Origin: Candidatus Njordarchaeota archaeon
Lineage (GTDB): Archaea > Asgardarchaeota > Njordarchaeia > Njordarchaeales > Panguiarchaeaceae
Length of the DNA stretch: 49,844 nt
Direction: 5' to 3'
NCBI GenBank assembly: GCA_029856685.1
Contig: JAHKKZ010000003.1
Coordinates: 1 to 49,844, forward strand
This document shows positions 26,897 through 36,114 of the stretch, piece by piece; the first letter of the stretch is position 1, and every line of letters begins with the position of its first letter. A program made the position numbers and the translations under genes. The notes under the pieces are model-generated. The model made no database searches. It was not told the DNA's origin and saw only the letters and a program-made list of their open reading frames with translations.

Positions 26897-28069
26897 GTGT
26901 CAAGTTTGGCAGGAGCAGCTCCAACTCACAAAATTCCTGAACTAGAAAGACCAGCAGTAGTAGCAGACCTTGGAACAGGATTCACAAAAGCTGGATTTGC
27001 TGGAGATGATGCACCAAGAACTGTATTTCCGACAGTTGTGGGGTACCCGAAGTACTCAGTCGTAATGCCAGAAGCCGAAACACTAGAATACTATGTAGGC
27101 CGCGACGCAATACACATGAGAGGGGTACTACAACTAGTATGGCCTCTGGAGCACGCTATCGTTGCTGATTGGGATGCTTGGGAGAAACTTATGTTTCATC
27201 TATTCTATAAGGAGCTTAGGGTGAATCCACAAGATCAAGCTATTCTCATTACTGAAGCCCCCTTAAGCCCTAAAGATAATAGGATTCGTATGGCTGAGAT
27301 ACTCTTCGAGACTTTCGGTGTTCCTGGGATATACGTTGCTACGCAGGCTATTCTCTCTCTATATGCAGCGGGTAGAGTTACAGGGTTGGTAATAGATTCT
27401 GGTGATGGTGTTACCCACATAGTTCCCGTGCAAGAGTCATACTTATTAGCCCATGCTGTTAAGAGGCTTAATCTTGCTGGACGCGATGTTACGCGATATT
27501 TAGCTAAGTTGCTTACGAAGAGAGGCATCTACTTTACTTCCTCCGCCGAAATGGAGATTGCTAGAGATATCAAAGAGAAGCTATGTTATATTGCTATCGA
27601 TTATAAGGCCGAATTAGAGAAAGCCAAGAAGATTCCTAAGGCTGTTGCAGGAATGTACGAACTCCCAGATGGACGCGTGATTGAGCTTGTGGAAGAGAGA
27701 TTCATGGCCCCAGAGATCATGTATAACCCTATGCTTATAGGGCTTGAAGCTAGACCTTTGGATGAACTAGTTCTCGAGAGCATTTTCGCTACGGACTTGG
27801 ACGTCAGACCTGCGATGTATTCAAATATTGTGATTTCTGGTGGTAACACTATGCTACCTAACTTCGCTGAGAGGTTAGAAAAAGAGCTCAAGGAAATCGT
27901 CCCTGAAAGAGCTAAAGATAAGATCGCTATTGATGCACCTGAAGAGCGTATATACGGTGTTTTCATTGGTGGATCTATACTGGCTTCATTACCTGCATTC
28001 AAGAAAATTGTTGTTACAAGAAAAGAGTGGTCTGAAGTTGGTCCAGACTCTGTTCTCAGGACTCTATAG
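26897..28069 (+). CDS. Actin (eukaryote-like, Asgard/Lokiactin type)
   Basis: DLGTGFTKAGFAGDDAPRTVFP, PLEH, LITEAPL, QAILSLY, DSGDGVTH, LAGRD, RDIKEKLCY, YELPDG, IGGSILASL. Likely start is TTG 26906 behind SD GGAGGTG. Confidence 0.97.
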   Translation: MSSLAGAAPTHKIPELERPAVVADLGTGFTKAGFAGDDAPRTVFPTVVGYPKYSVVMPEAETLEYYVGRDAIHMRGVLQLVWPLEHAIVADWDAWEKLMFHLFYKELRVNPQDQAILITEAPLSPKDNRIRMAEILFETFGVPGIYVATQAILSLYAAGRVTGLVIDSGDGVTHIVPVQESYLLAHAVKRLNLAGRDVTRYLAKLLTKRGIYFTSSAEMEIARDIKEKLCYIAIDYKAELEKAKKIPKAVAGMYELPDGRVIELVEERFMAPEIMYNPMLIGLEARPLDELVLESIFATDLDVRPAMYSNIVISGGNTMLPNFAERLEKELKEIVPERAKDKIAIDAPEERIYGVFIGGSILASLPAFKKIVVTRKEWSEVGPDSVLRTL

Positions 28070-28199
28070 TTTTTTCGTTTTTATTCCTACAAATACATAC
28101 TTAAAATTATCTTTATTTTTCAACAAATGTTGTTTTTTGATAGTAATGGCTTTAGTGGTTTTTTGTACTTTATTAGTGTACTTGTAGGGTGCGGTAGTC

Positions 28200-28823
28200 A
28201 TGGTTTTTAAAGATAAGTATGGTCACTATCGATTTAAAATTGTACTGTATGGACCCTCACTAAGTGGGAAAACAACAATGCTAAAAATACTGTACAATAA
28301 GATAAGGGGCCTCAAAAAGGGGCGGTTACGCATGGTTGCTGACCAATCTGGACGAACAATATTCTTCGACTACTTACCACTTAAAACTTCTGGCAACATA
28401 TTCTTCGATTTATATACTGTCCCAGGACAGAGAAGACATAAAACTCAGAGACGCCTAATACTTAAGGGTGCTGATTCTGTAGTATTTGTTGCGGATTCCG
28501 ATCCAGAAGCTCTCGAAGAGAATATTTATAGCATTCAAGAGCTTAGAACTTTTCTGGGCAACGAATGGGGAGAGATACCAATAGTTGTCGCTCTAAATAA
28601 ACGTGACCTGCCTGATGCACTCCCAGAAGTCATGATGTTACGTGTTATGCGTCTCGATGGTCCATATCCCGTATTTAAAACTGTAGCCATAGAAGGGTTA
28701 GGTGTAAAACGTGTATTCCAGGAAGCTTGTCGTCTAGCAGTTTTGGCCAGAATATTCCCTGAAGCTTTTAGAAGAGAGATCAAAATCTTGGCTAGAGAAA
28801 CCCGACGAAAACTTGGTCTCTGA
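28200..28823 (+). CDS. mglA: MglA-type small GTPase
   Basis: KIVLYGPSLSGKTT, RTIFFD, YTVPGQ, GADSVVFVADS, NKRDL. Confidence 0.9.
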   Translation: MVFKDKYGHYRFKIVLYGPSLSGKTTMLKILYNKIRGLKKGRLRMVADQSGRTIFFDYLPLKTSGNIFFDLYTVPGQRRHKTQRRLILKGADSVVFVADSDPEALEENIYSIQELRTFLGNEWGEIPIVVALNKRDLPDALPEVMMLRVMRLDGPYPVFKTVAIEGLGVKRVFQEACRLAVLARIFPEAFRREIKILARETRRKLGL

Positions 28824-28844
28824 CACTTCTATTTTAACTTATTC

Positions 28845-30563
28845 CTATTCGATAGCAGATCTAAGTTCTTTGGCTATATCTCTTGTGTAAGTAAGGATAA
28901 TAACATTTTTTCCTAATCTTCTAATCCTAACAAGCTCATTCGAGAAAGACATGTTTGTTGATGCTTTTTTATCGAGTAGTTTGTTAATAATTTCTGGGTT
29001 AACGTTATAGCTTAATAGCAAACTCCGCACCTTTGAGCAATCTCCTAGAGCCTCAAGATTGAACATGACACGAAAATCATCAAGTAGCTTATACGCTCTC
29101 TCTTCGAGATCCTGAACAATATAGCGAGGAACCCTCTTTAGTTTCTCTATAAACGCATTTATCTTATCAAGAGTAAGATTCACGTTGCTCTCTATTTCCT
29201 CCAGCTCATGTTTTAGTATCTCTCTTATCCTCTCAATCTTATCTAATACCTTCCTCTCGACATACCTATATAGCTCTGCTACTACTAGGTCGCCTCTCCC
29301 CAACTCGCCATGAGCCAATCTTTCTAGTTCCTTCAAGTAGCTTGGAGTATCATTTTTTCCATAAATTCCTATAGCGATCCTTTCTAATTCCTTCGGACCA
29401 ACACCAAGAATTATAGATGCTAATGCCAGAGCTTTAAGCCAAACACCCGGCGTATCAAAAGACCCTATTTTCGTTTCCTTAAGCCACTTAACAAATTTTT
29501 TAAAAAACTCCCAAGGATTATGATATCGGCTTTTCACTAATGGTTTTAGCTCAGTTCTATGTGCAAAAACATATGGTATCGCCCAGAGAAGGTCTTCTAT
29601 ATCAACTGCTTTTCTCCCCCTCAGCCATGCCCTTGCTCGAGCATAAGCAAAAAGCGCTATTGAAGCTCTCTCGTCAGGAGGTTCTTGAATCTTACTGCAA
29701 GGCTCATTAGCATATTCACATTCCGTACATGGAAGCCTCATATATCCTGGCATAAGGTCTAATCTACCAAACTTACATATACGGAGGGATGAAAGTATCA
29801 TTATCCCCAAGAGTTTTATATGTTCGGGTATAGCTATAGACATTACATCATTCCATACACATTCCAGTTCTTCGAAAGACATAATTTTGGGCATGGTTTC
29901 GACAATAGCAAGTTTACCAGATGTTTCTTTCTCACTTTCTAAGAGTCTATCAATTATATTCTTCGATTCCTCTAAGCCTGGAAGTCCTATATAGCAAGAC
30001 CCCCAGAACCTAGATTTTAAGGCCCGATCGATTTCTCCTCGGAATGGATTCATGTCAGCGAAGCATATGTAATCGGGAGTCTCAAAACGCATACCCCCAT
30101 ATTCAATATATCCTTCCTCCAACAGACTTAGAAGAGCATCTTGAACACTCTTAGAAAAGCGATTTATCTCATTGATAAACTTTACTCTTGCTTTTACTAT
30201 GGGACGTACTATGATTTCCTCCTTACCAGTAGTCAGCAATTTAACAAGATTCGTACTAACCAAAACTTTTTGGAGAGTCTTCTCAGGAGCCCCTATCACA
30301 ATTCCTAAAATGTCCTTCTGCCCCATTGAAAGCGCTCGGCTTATGAGTCTTACAAGAGTTGACTTTCCCGCCCCCGGATATCCAACTAATAGGACTTTGT
30401 TATTACGTATTAAGAGAGACGCGATAATAAATTCTTTGAGTGAACGATCCTGCGTAAACCATCTCTCGAAGAGTTCCTTATACAAAATTGCTATTTTGTC
30501 ACGATATTTCTCAATCTCCTCAGAATTTTCCTCCAATGCTACTCCCCAAGGGCATCCATGCAT
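28845..30563 (-). CDS. MoxR-like AAA+ ATPase
   Basis: GYPGAGKS, FINEINR, QDALLSLLEEG, MNP, DRALKSRF, AHR. Confidence 0.88.
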   Translation of the reverse strand: MHGCPWGVALEENSEEIEKYRDKIAILYKELFERWFTQDRSLKEFIIASLLIRNNKVLLVGYPGAGKSTLVRLISRALSMGQKDILGIVIGAPEKTLQKVLVSTNLVKLLTTGKEEIIVRPIVKARVKFINEINRFSKSVQDALLSLLEEGYIEYGGMRFETPDYICFADMNPFRGEIDRALKSRFWGSCYIGLPGLEESKNIIDRLLESEKETSGKLAIVETMPKIMSFEELECVWNDVMSIAIPEHIKLLGIMILSSLRICKFGRLDLMPGYMRLPCTECEYANEPCSKIQEPPDERASIALFAYARARAWLRGRKAVDIEDLLWAIPYVFAHRTELKPLVKSRYHNPWEFFKKFVKWLKETKIGSFDTPGVWLKALALASIILGVGPKELERIAIGIYGKNDTPSYLKELERLAHGELGRGDLVVAELYRYVERKVLDKIERIREILKHELEEIESNVNLTLDKINAFIEKLKRVPRYIVQDLEERAYKLLDDFRVMFNLEALGDCSKVRSLLLSYNVNPEIINKLLDKKASTNMSFSNELVRIRRLGKNVIILTYTRDIAKELRSAIE

Positions 30564-32167
30564 AGTCTAGACATTTTGTTAACAACAATGTTTACTTCCT
30601 CCTCCTCAGTAGCATCAGGTGATACATATATTATTGGGACGTTAAGAAGATTTAGTGTGGTTTCGGCTTTTTTCCACAGCTCGTGTGTAATTGCAAAGAT
30701 TACTAAAAAAACTCTTTCTCTTAGACCCATCAGATTATTTATTACTTCTGGGAACGCAATATCATATATTGCAGTATCCGTTATTATCGCTACTAACGCT
30801 TTCTCAAATAACACATTGAGGTGCTTTTCAATAAGCTCAAATACGTGTCGAATATTTGTTCCCCCTTCAGAGTCCAATCTCAGCAATAGTTCTTCAATAA
30901 TATCATAATCGAACGTTGGGGGGGATCCCTCCCATGCACCTGAAGAAAAAGTTGAGATTCCGACAGACATATGAAATTTCTTCGCAATTTCAACAAGAGC
31001 AACACCAAGATCTATGGCACGCTCAATAGCATTTCCGTCCATGGATCCACTAGTGTCTATGCAAAGTTCTATATGACGTAGAGTTCCCCTTCCAAAGATC
31101 CTTTCACCACCCCTCTCATAGACGTCGCGTAGAGTTGATATCTCGGGTATCACATAACCAAATGTATCAGCCGATATTTCAATATTTAGCTTTTCTTCGT
31201 CGTCTCCAAGAAACCACTCACTAAATCCATATTTCGTCGCCCTAGGCTCTATGCTTATTATTTTCTCCTCGATTATCGAAAGTAACTTCTTTATACGAGC
31301 CCTCCTAGCAGCAGCTAAGTACCGTCTCTTATCAAGCAATTTCTGAATTAAAACTTTATTCTCAGAGAAAGCTGGTTGCTTACCTTTTCCGCCGAGTTTA
31401 GCATCCAATTTTTTAGCAATTGTTTTTGCAAAGTTATAGTCTATCTCACCTAATAATTCCAACTCACGGGGATTCAAACATATCTTACCGCTACGATCTA
31501 TGATTTCATCGGCTGATATCGGAAGAATATATCTCCTTAAGTTTCTTTCATGGAACGACCATGGACTCAGAGAGCCCATCTCAGATAGAAGTTCCTTAAA
31601 GAAGATTTTGGCCTTGGCGTAGAGTGGGATTCTCAGGGAGACTATCCTGATAAGACGCTTAGTTCTTTCCGAAATTTGTCTCCCGAGCAGACCCTCATAG
31701 AACTCCATTAGAATCCTTCCTAGTGGGCTGTAGAAAGCTTTTTTCTGCTTAACGATCTTACTTATAGAATCCCTTACTATAGGTCTTATGCTCTTATGAT
31801 TTGAGAATTGAGTAAATATTGAGAACAAACACATTAAGGAGACAAAAAACCCATGTATTTTCTTATCGACATTTCCTAGGATTTTTCTAGAAGCTGCTAG
31901 CATTATGAGTCTATTAAGCTCAGTTGCTGGAAGAATAGCATGATACCCAAGACCAAGCAATAGGAGATAGCGATCGAAGTCGTATAAAGTGTCTCCTTCT
32001 GGATATTCAGATAGTATTATTGTGCCCCATGAATTATACCATGCTGACTTTGGCGAATCTATGCGTATGGTAAAGCCAGGAAAAAGATCGTATTCTCTAG
32101 AAACCGTTAGGACAAGATTCCTTAGTTCGAAACATCTTATTTCGTCAAGGCTATATTCTTCCTTCAT
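30539..32167 (-). CDS. VWA (MIDAS) domain protein, MoxR partner
   Basis: IDTSGSM, GGTN, IITD in the C-terminal domain. Confidence 0.85.
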   Translation of the reverse strand: MKEEYSLDEIRCFELRNLVLTVSREYDLFPGFTIRIDSPKSAWYNSWGTIILSEYPEGDTLYDFDRYLLLLGLGYHAILPATELNRLIMLAASRKILGNVDKKIHGFFVSLMCLFSIFTQFSNHKSIRPIVRDSISKIVKQKKAFYSPLGRILMEFYEGLLGRQISERTKRLIRIVSLRIPLYAKAKIFFKELLSEMGSLSPWSFHERNLRRYILPISADEIIDRSGKICLNPRELELLGEIDYNFAKTIAKKLDAKLGGKGKQPAFSENKVLIQKLLDKRRYLAAARRARIKKLLSIIEEKIISIEPRATKYGFSEWFLGDDEEKLNIEISADTFGYVIPEISTLRDVYERGGERIFGRGTLRHIELCIDTSGSMDGNAIERAIDLGVALVEIAKKFHMSVGISTFSSGAWEGSPPTFDYDIIEELLLRLDSEGGTNIRHVFELIEKHLNVLFEKALVAIITDTAIYDIAFPEVINNLMGLRERVFLVIFAITHELWKKAETTLNLLNVPIIYVSPDATEEEEVNIVVNKMSRLCMDALGE

Positions 32168-32188
32168 GGCTTCAAAGCCTATTATTAC

Positions 32189-33346
32189 TTATTCCGCAGA
32201 TTCACTTGGTATGGGGATGTTACCAACACCAACAGTATTTCCTATTCCTAGGATAACTACCTTACCGCCCTCTGGCACCTCCTCGACTATTATTTTTTTA
32301 ACAATATCGCATGCTTTGTTTACAGCTTGAAGTAACGTCTCGTTAAGAGGTGTTAAGGCTTCAACATAGTTCTCCTTTATAACAATAGCGAATAAAGGAA
32401 TTTTATATTTAGATGACCAAGACTCAATTCTATATTTCTCCGGGCCCGGATCGCCAATCGCGGCTCCGTAACCCACGTCTACCCGACCGGACCTTTCCGA
32501 TTCTAGGCGAAGAGCAGCATCAACAGTTATTATCGCATTCACACCACCTCCTATCTTCTCAAGAAGTTTTTCTAGAAAGCGACCTGGATATCCTACTTCG
32601 CTACCGGGCCCCCTAGCCTTGACCGCCAATACGTAGCGACCATAAATCTCAGAAGAGCTAAAAACAACTTGTAGCTCCTCATCCGTATCGACCTCAGTAC
32701 CAAAGAAGTTGAGCGCTACGAGGGCACCTACACTATCCCCTATGGGAACGCCCTCTATAAATCCTTTGAGAGCATCAAAATAGCTTAGGCAGAGCTCTCG
32801 GAGAAACGGAACAAGCAACTTCAATTGAAGTAGATAATAGATATTTTTCGTCCGGTACCCTATCTCATATATATGGGATGTTATTTTCCAGAGATATCTT
32901 ATCGCCGCAGCGGCTTCTAAAGCGCTTTCCAGATCTCTTTGGACATATTCTGGAGCGTCAGGTATTATGTGTCGTGCTACATTCCTCAACCTGCTACGCC
33001 TAACATCGAGTATGTGCTCTAGCCGTTGCAAAACACCAGTTGGATCTAATGTCACGGGTGCAATAACAAAACTATTTATAATCTCATCAATCCACCTTAG
33101 GATCCGTGCGAAGTCATCTGATTTCTTCAGATTTTTTGCGATCACATCCACGTTCGTTGCAACTTCTGGTAGTATGTCCTGTCGATGCATCAAGATTAGA
33201 CGCATAAACATTCTCTTCGAAAGCTTCTCATACAGCGTGATCTCATTAATAAATGACCTTAGGCTCCAAACAATGAATTGTACCTGTATTTCGTTGATTA
33301 GAAATATGAATAATAGGAATATTATGAGCGATATCAAATAGTCCAT
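32189..33346 (-). CDS. DUF1512 family protein
   Basis: DPTGV..RLEH, PIGDSVG, KARGPG..VG.PG, TVDAALRLE, GIGNTVGVG; start estimated. Confidence 0.85.
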   Translation of the reverse strand: MDYLISLIIFLLFIFLINEIQVQFIVWSLRSFINEITLYEKLSKRMFMRLILMHRQDILPEVATNVDVIAKNLKKSDDFARILRWIDEIINSFVIAPVTLDPTGVLQRLEHILDVRRSRLRNVARHIIPDAPEYVQRDLESALEAAAAIRYLWKITSHIYEIGYRTKNIYYLLQLKLLVPFLRELCLSYFDALKGFIEGVPIGDSVGALVALNFFGTEVDTDEELQVVFSSSEIYGRYVLAVKARGPGSEVGYPGRFLEKLLEKIGGGVNAIITVDAALRLESERSGRVDVGYGAAIGDPGPEKYRIESWSSKYKIPLFAIVIKENYVEALTPLNETLLQAVNKACDIVKKIIVEEVPEGGKVVILGIGNTVGVGNIPIPSESAE

Positions 33347-33457
33347 GCTCAATTGCACGAACACCCGCACAACACCAAAAATCCTCTTTCTCAAATTAAG
33401 GACACAAATAACTTAATTTTATTTATTCGAGTATCAAAAAGGTATTTGGGGGTATCA

Positions 33458-34507
33458 ATGGGAGTTAAATTCGGACCCCTATTCAGGGAAAAAGGAGTCA
33501 CAGGCCAGATAGTTGAGAACCTAACCATCTTAGAAGGAAAGATCATTGCTATAGATGCATTAGTGACGCTATATGAGATGCTTTCGATTATCAGAGACCG
33601 ACAGGGAAAACCATTGAGAGATTCCCGTGGAAGGATAACATCACATCTAGTTGGGTTATTCAATAGGACATGCCGCATGTTAGCCTTAGGTATAAAACCT
33701 GTTTATGTCTTTGATGGTCCACCTCATCCACTTAAGCTGAGGACTATACAGGAACGCCATATAAGAAGAGAGGAAGCAGAACAAAAATATATCGAAGCCT
33801 TAGCTCGTGGAGACTTTGAAGAAGCGAAGAAGTACGCAAAACAGGCTGCGCGAGTCGAAGATTATATGGTAAGCACAGCTAAGACATTACTAGAGTATCT
33901 CGGTGTCCCAATAATTCAAGCTCCACATGATGGAGAAGCACAGGCAGCTTTTATTGTTAGGAAAGGAGATGCATACTCTGTGAGCTCACCAGATTACGAT
34001 TCGTTTCTCTATGGATCCCCTCGGGTTATAAGAGGACTCAGGATCACCAAGGGGGGAGGAAGAAGGGGCGAGGAGGAGATAAAGGAGTATACCCTAGATG
34101 AGGTACTTACCAAGTTAGAACTCACATATGAGCAACTAATCGATCTAGCAATACTTATAGGCACGGACTTCAATCCAGAAGGTTTCCCGGGAATAGGGCC
34201 TAAACGTGCATACGAATACATAAAGAAGTACGGTAATCTGGAGAGAATTGTTAAGTTGGGTTTAGTTAGATGGCGCTATCCATTCGAAGTGGATGAAATC
34301 CGAGCGATCTTCCTTAACCCACCAGTAACAACTAATTATAAGATAGAGTTCAAGGAGCCTCAGCGAGAAAAAATCATAGAGTTTCTTGTGGAAGAGCATG
34401 ATTTTAATCCAGAGCGTGTTAGCAATGAATTAGAGCCCGTCTTTAAACGATTGGAACGCGAAGAGAAGGCTGGGCGCCAGGCTAGTCTATTTGATTTCTT
34501 CAGATAG
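33458..34507 (+). CDS. fen: Flap endonuclease 1
   Basis: MGV start, TSHLVG, VFDG, GEAQAA, LIGTDFN, GIGPK, PIP box QASLFDFF. Confidence 0.97.
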   Translation: MGVKFGPLFREKGVTGQIVENLTILEGKIIAIDALVTLYEMLSIIRDRQGKPLRDSRGRITSHLVGLFNRTCRMLALGIKPVYVFDGPPHPLKLRTIQERHIRREEAEQKYIEALARGDFEEAKKYAKQAARVEDYMVSTAKTLLEYLGVPIIQAPHDGEAQAAFIVRKGDAYSVSSPDYDSFLYGSPRVIRGLRITKGGGRRGEEEIKEYTLDEVLTKLELTYEQLIDLAILIGTDFNPEGFPGIGPKRAYEYIKKYGNLERIVKLGLVRWRYPFEVDEIRAIFLNPPVTTNYKIEFKEPQREKIIEFLVEEHDFNPERVSNELEPVFKRLEREEKAGRQASLFDFFR

Positions 34508-34517
34508 ATCTAAATAC

Positions 34518-34883
34518 CTATTCGGCATAGATCCTACTATTCTTTGTCGCCAATTTGTCGAAAAAGTTTTTTAGCATTTTTTCTATATCTATCCTCAGTA
34601 GGGTAGCTAGGATCACTATCTCTAACAACGCTCCTTCCAAATATTGATAAATCATATGAACATCCAGATTTGCCTCTACTAGGAGTTCCTCCGCCAAACG
34701 TTTCGCATCTTTCAGAAGGTCACTTATATCAGGATCTTTCTCAAGTATCAATTTTTTAATAACTCTTTGAAGTTCACCTAATCTCACTAGCATGCACCAA
34801 TAGGCTTCAGAGCTGAGCAATAAAAAAGAAAAGTCATATATGGCCTCTATCCCAAGATACTCCCAGACATGTATCATTGTCAT
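34518..34883 (-). CDS. Hypothetical all-alpha protein, possibly degenerate MazG-like
   Basis: LGELQ...LAEEL...LATLLRIDIE pattern; acidic metal ligands incomplete; true start probably ~34793. Confidence 0.45.
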   Translation of the reverse strand: MTMIHVWEYLGIEAIYDFSFLLLSSEAYWCMLVRLGELQRVIKKLILEKDPDISDLLKDAKRLAEELLVEANLDVHMIYQYLEGALLEIVILATLLRIDIEKMLKNFFDKLATKNSRIYAE

Positions 34884-35434
34884 ACAATCTTTAGTCTGCG
34901 CAGCTTCAGACTCACTTTAAACCTTAATGTGCTTTCAATGTTATAGTAAACTATGTTTCCATCTTGATCTATTATTGCTAGAACTAATATTTTTCCTCGA
35001 TTTCTTGCCTTCTCAAGCGCGTTATAAAGTATCTGAACCGCAACACTTTTTTCTGAGGGAAGTATCATCACATAGTATTTAGACTCGGACATGAGAGGGT
35101 CCGATCCCCGCCCGAAGACCTCAAAGCTTATAGGATACTCATCTAGTACTCTAACTATGAATCTCCTTTCTCGCAGATCCAGATATACCGAAAATTTTAA
35201 TGGGAAAAGAGGGTCACTCTCAGAATACCTATATATTATGTCCTCAACAGTCATAGTTGGTTGCAGGCAAACCTTGTTTTTAAGGATCAAATACGCAATT
35301 TCGATGGGACTTAGAACTATATGTTCTCCTTCTATATAGCCAAAACCTTCCGCTATGAGGATACGCCAATTCAGATTCTCCTTTTTATGCATTAGGAATC
35401 TATCATCCTGTAATCTCACAACAAACCTTGGCAA
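34880..35434 (-). CDS. endA: tRNA splicing endonuclease subunit, probably the structural (beta) subunit
   Basis: LSPIEIAYL, FSVYLDLRER, LVLAIIDQDGNIVYY; catalytic Tyr/His positions appear as F/E. Confidence 0.82.
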   Translation of the reverse strand: MPRFVVRLQDDRFLMHKKENLNWRILIAEGFGYIEGEHIVLSPIEIAYLILKNKVCLQPTMTVEDIIYRYSESDPLFPLKFSVYLDLRERRFIVRVLDEYPISFEVFGRGSDPLMSESKYYVMILPSEKSVAVQILYNALEKARNRGKILVLAIIDQDGNIVYYNIESTLRFKVSLKLRRLKIV

Positions 35435-35440
35435 TGAATG

Positions 35441-36043
35441 TCACTCCCCACAACTTATCCTATCCCTAACCATCTTCCATATGTCCTCGCCGACCGCCTC
35501 AGGATCTCTATCCGCATTGATGACCTCAATTTGTCCATCGAAATTTTTCAATATTTCTGGTATTCTCAGATATATTTCTCTCACACGTTCTAAAAACTCT
35601 CTGGTTTCGAAAGTATCTTTTTTCTTTAGCCTACCTAGTGCTGTTACAGGATCTATATCGAGTATTATTATTATGTCTGGTTGTGGAAGGTTTTTATGAT
35701 CGTTCAGAATCCTATCTATAGGTATCCCCTGAGCACCTTGATAAGCTATTGTTGATATATAATATCTATCTAAAATCACTATATACCCCCACCTAAGTAA
35801 ACTTTGTATATTTTTTGCGTTTAACATACGGTCTTTAACGAATAGCTCATAGAGCTCTTCAGCTGTATAATTTCCTTCTCTAAGTTTTTCTCTGATTTTC
35901 CTACCATAAACACTTCCCGTCGGCTCTGCAAGTAAAGCTACTCTGTAGCCTCTTCGGATTAATTTCTTAAAAAGCATCTTCGCCTGCGTGGTTTTTCCAC
36001 TTCCGTCGATACCCTCTATCACTATGAATAGACACAATCTCAC
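35441..36043 (-). CDS. tmk: Thymidylate kinase
   Basis: FIVIEGIDGSGKTT, EPT, LDRY..STIAYQG. Confidence 0.95.
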   Translation of the reverse strand: MRLCLFIVIEGIDGSGKTTQAKMLFKKLIRRGYRVALLAEPTGSVYGRKIREKLREGNYTAEELYELFVKDRMLNAKNIQSLLRWGYIVILDRYYISTIAYQGAQGIPIDRILNDHKNLPQPDIIIILDIDPVTALGRLKKKDTFETREFLERVREIYLRIPEILKNFDGQIEVINADRDPEAVGEDIWKMVRDRISCGE

Positions 36044-36114
36044 ACACCTGCTCTGAAATTACTAAAAAGCGTTCAAAGTAATCTTGTTAAATTGACGGGC
36101 GTTGACTCTAGTGA

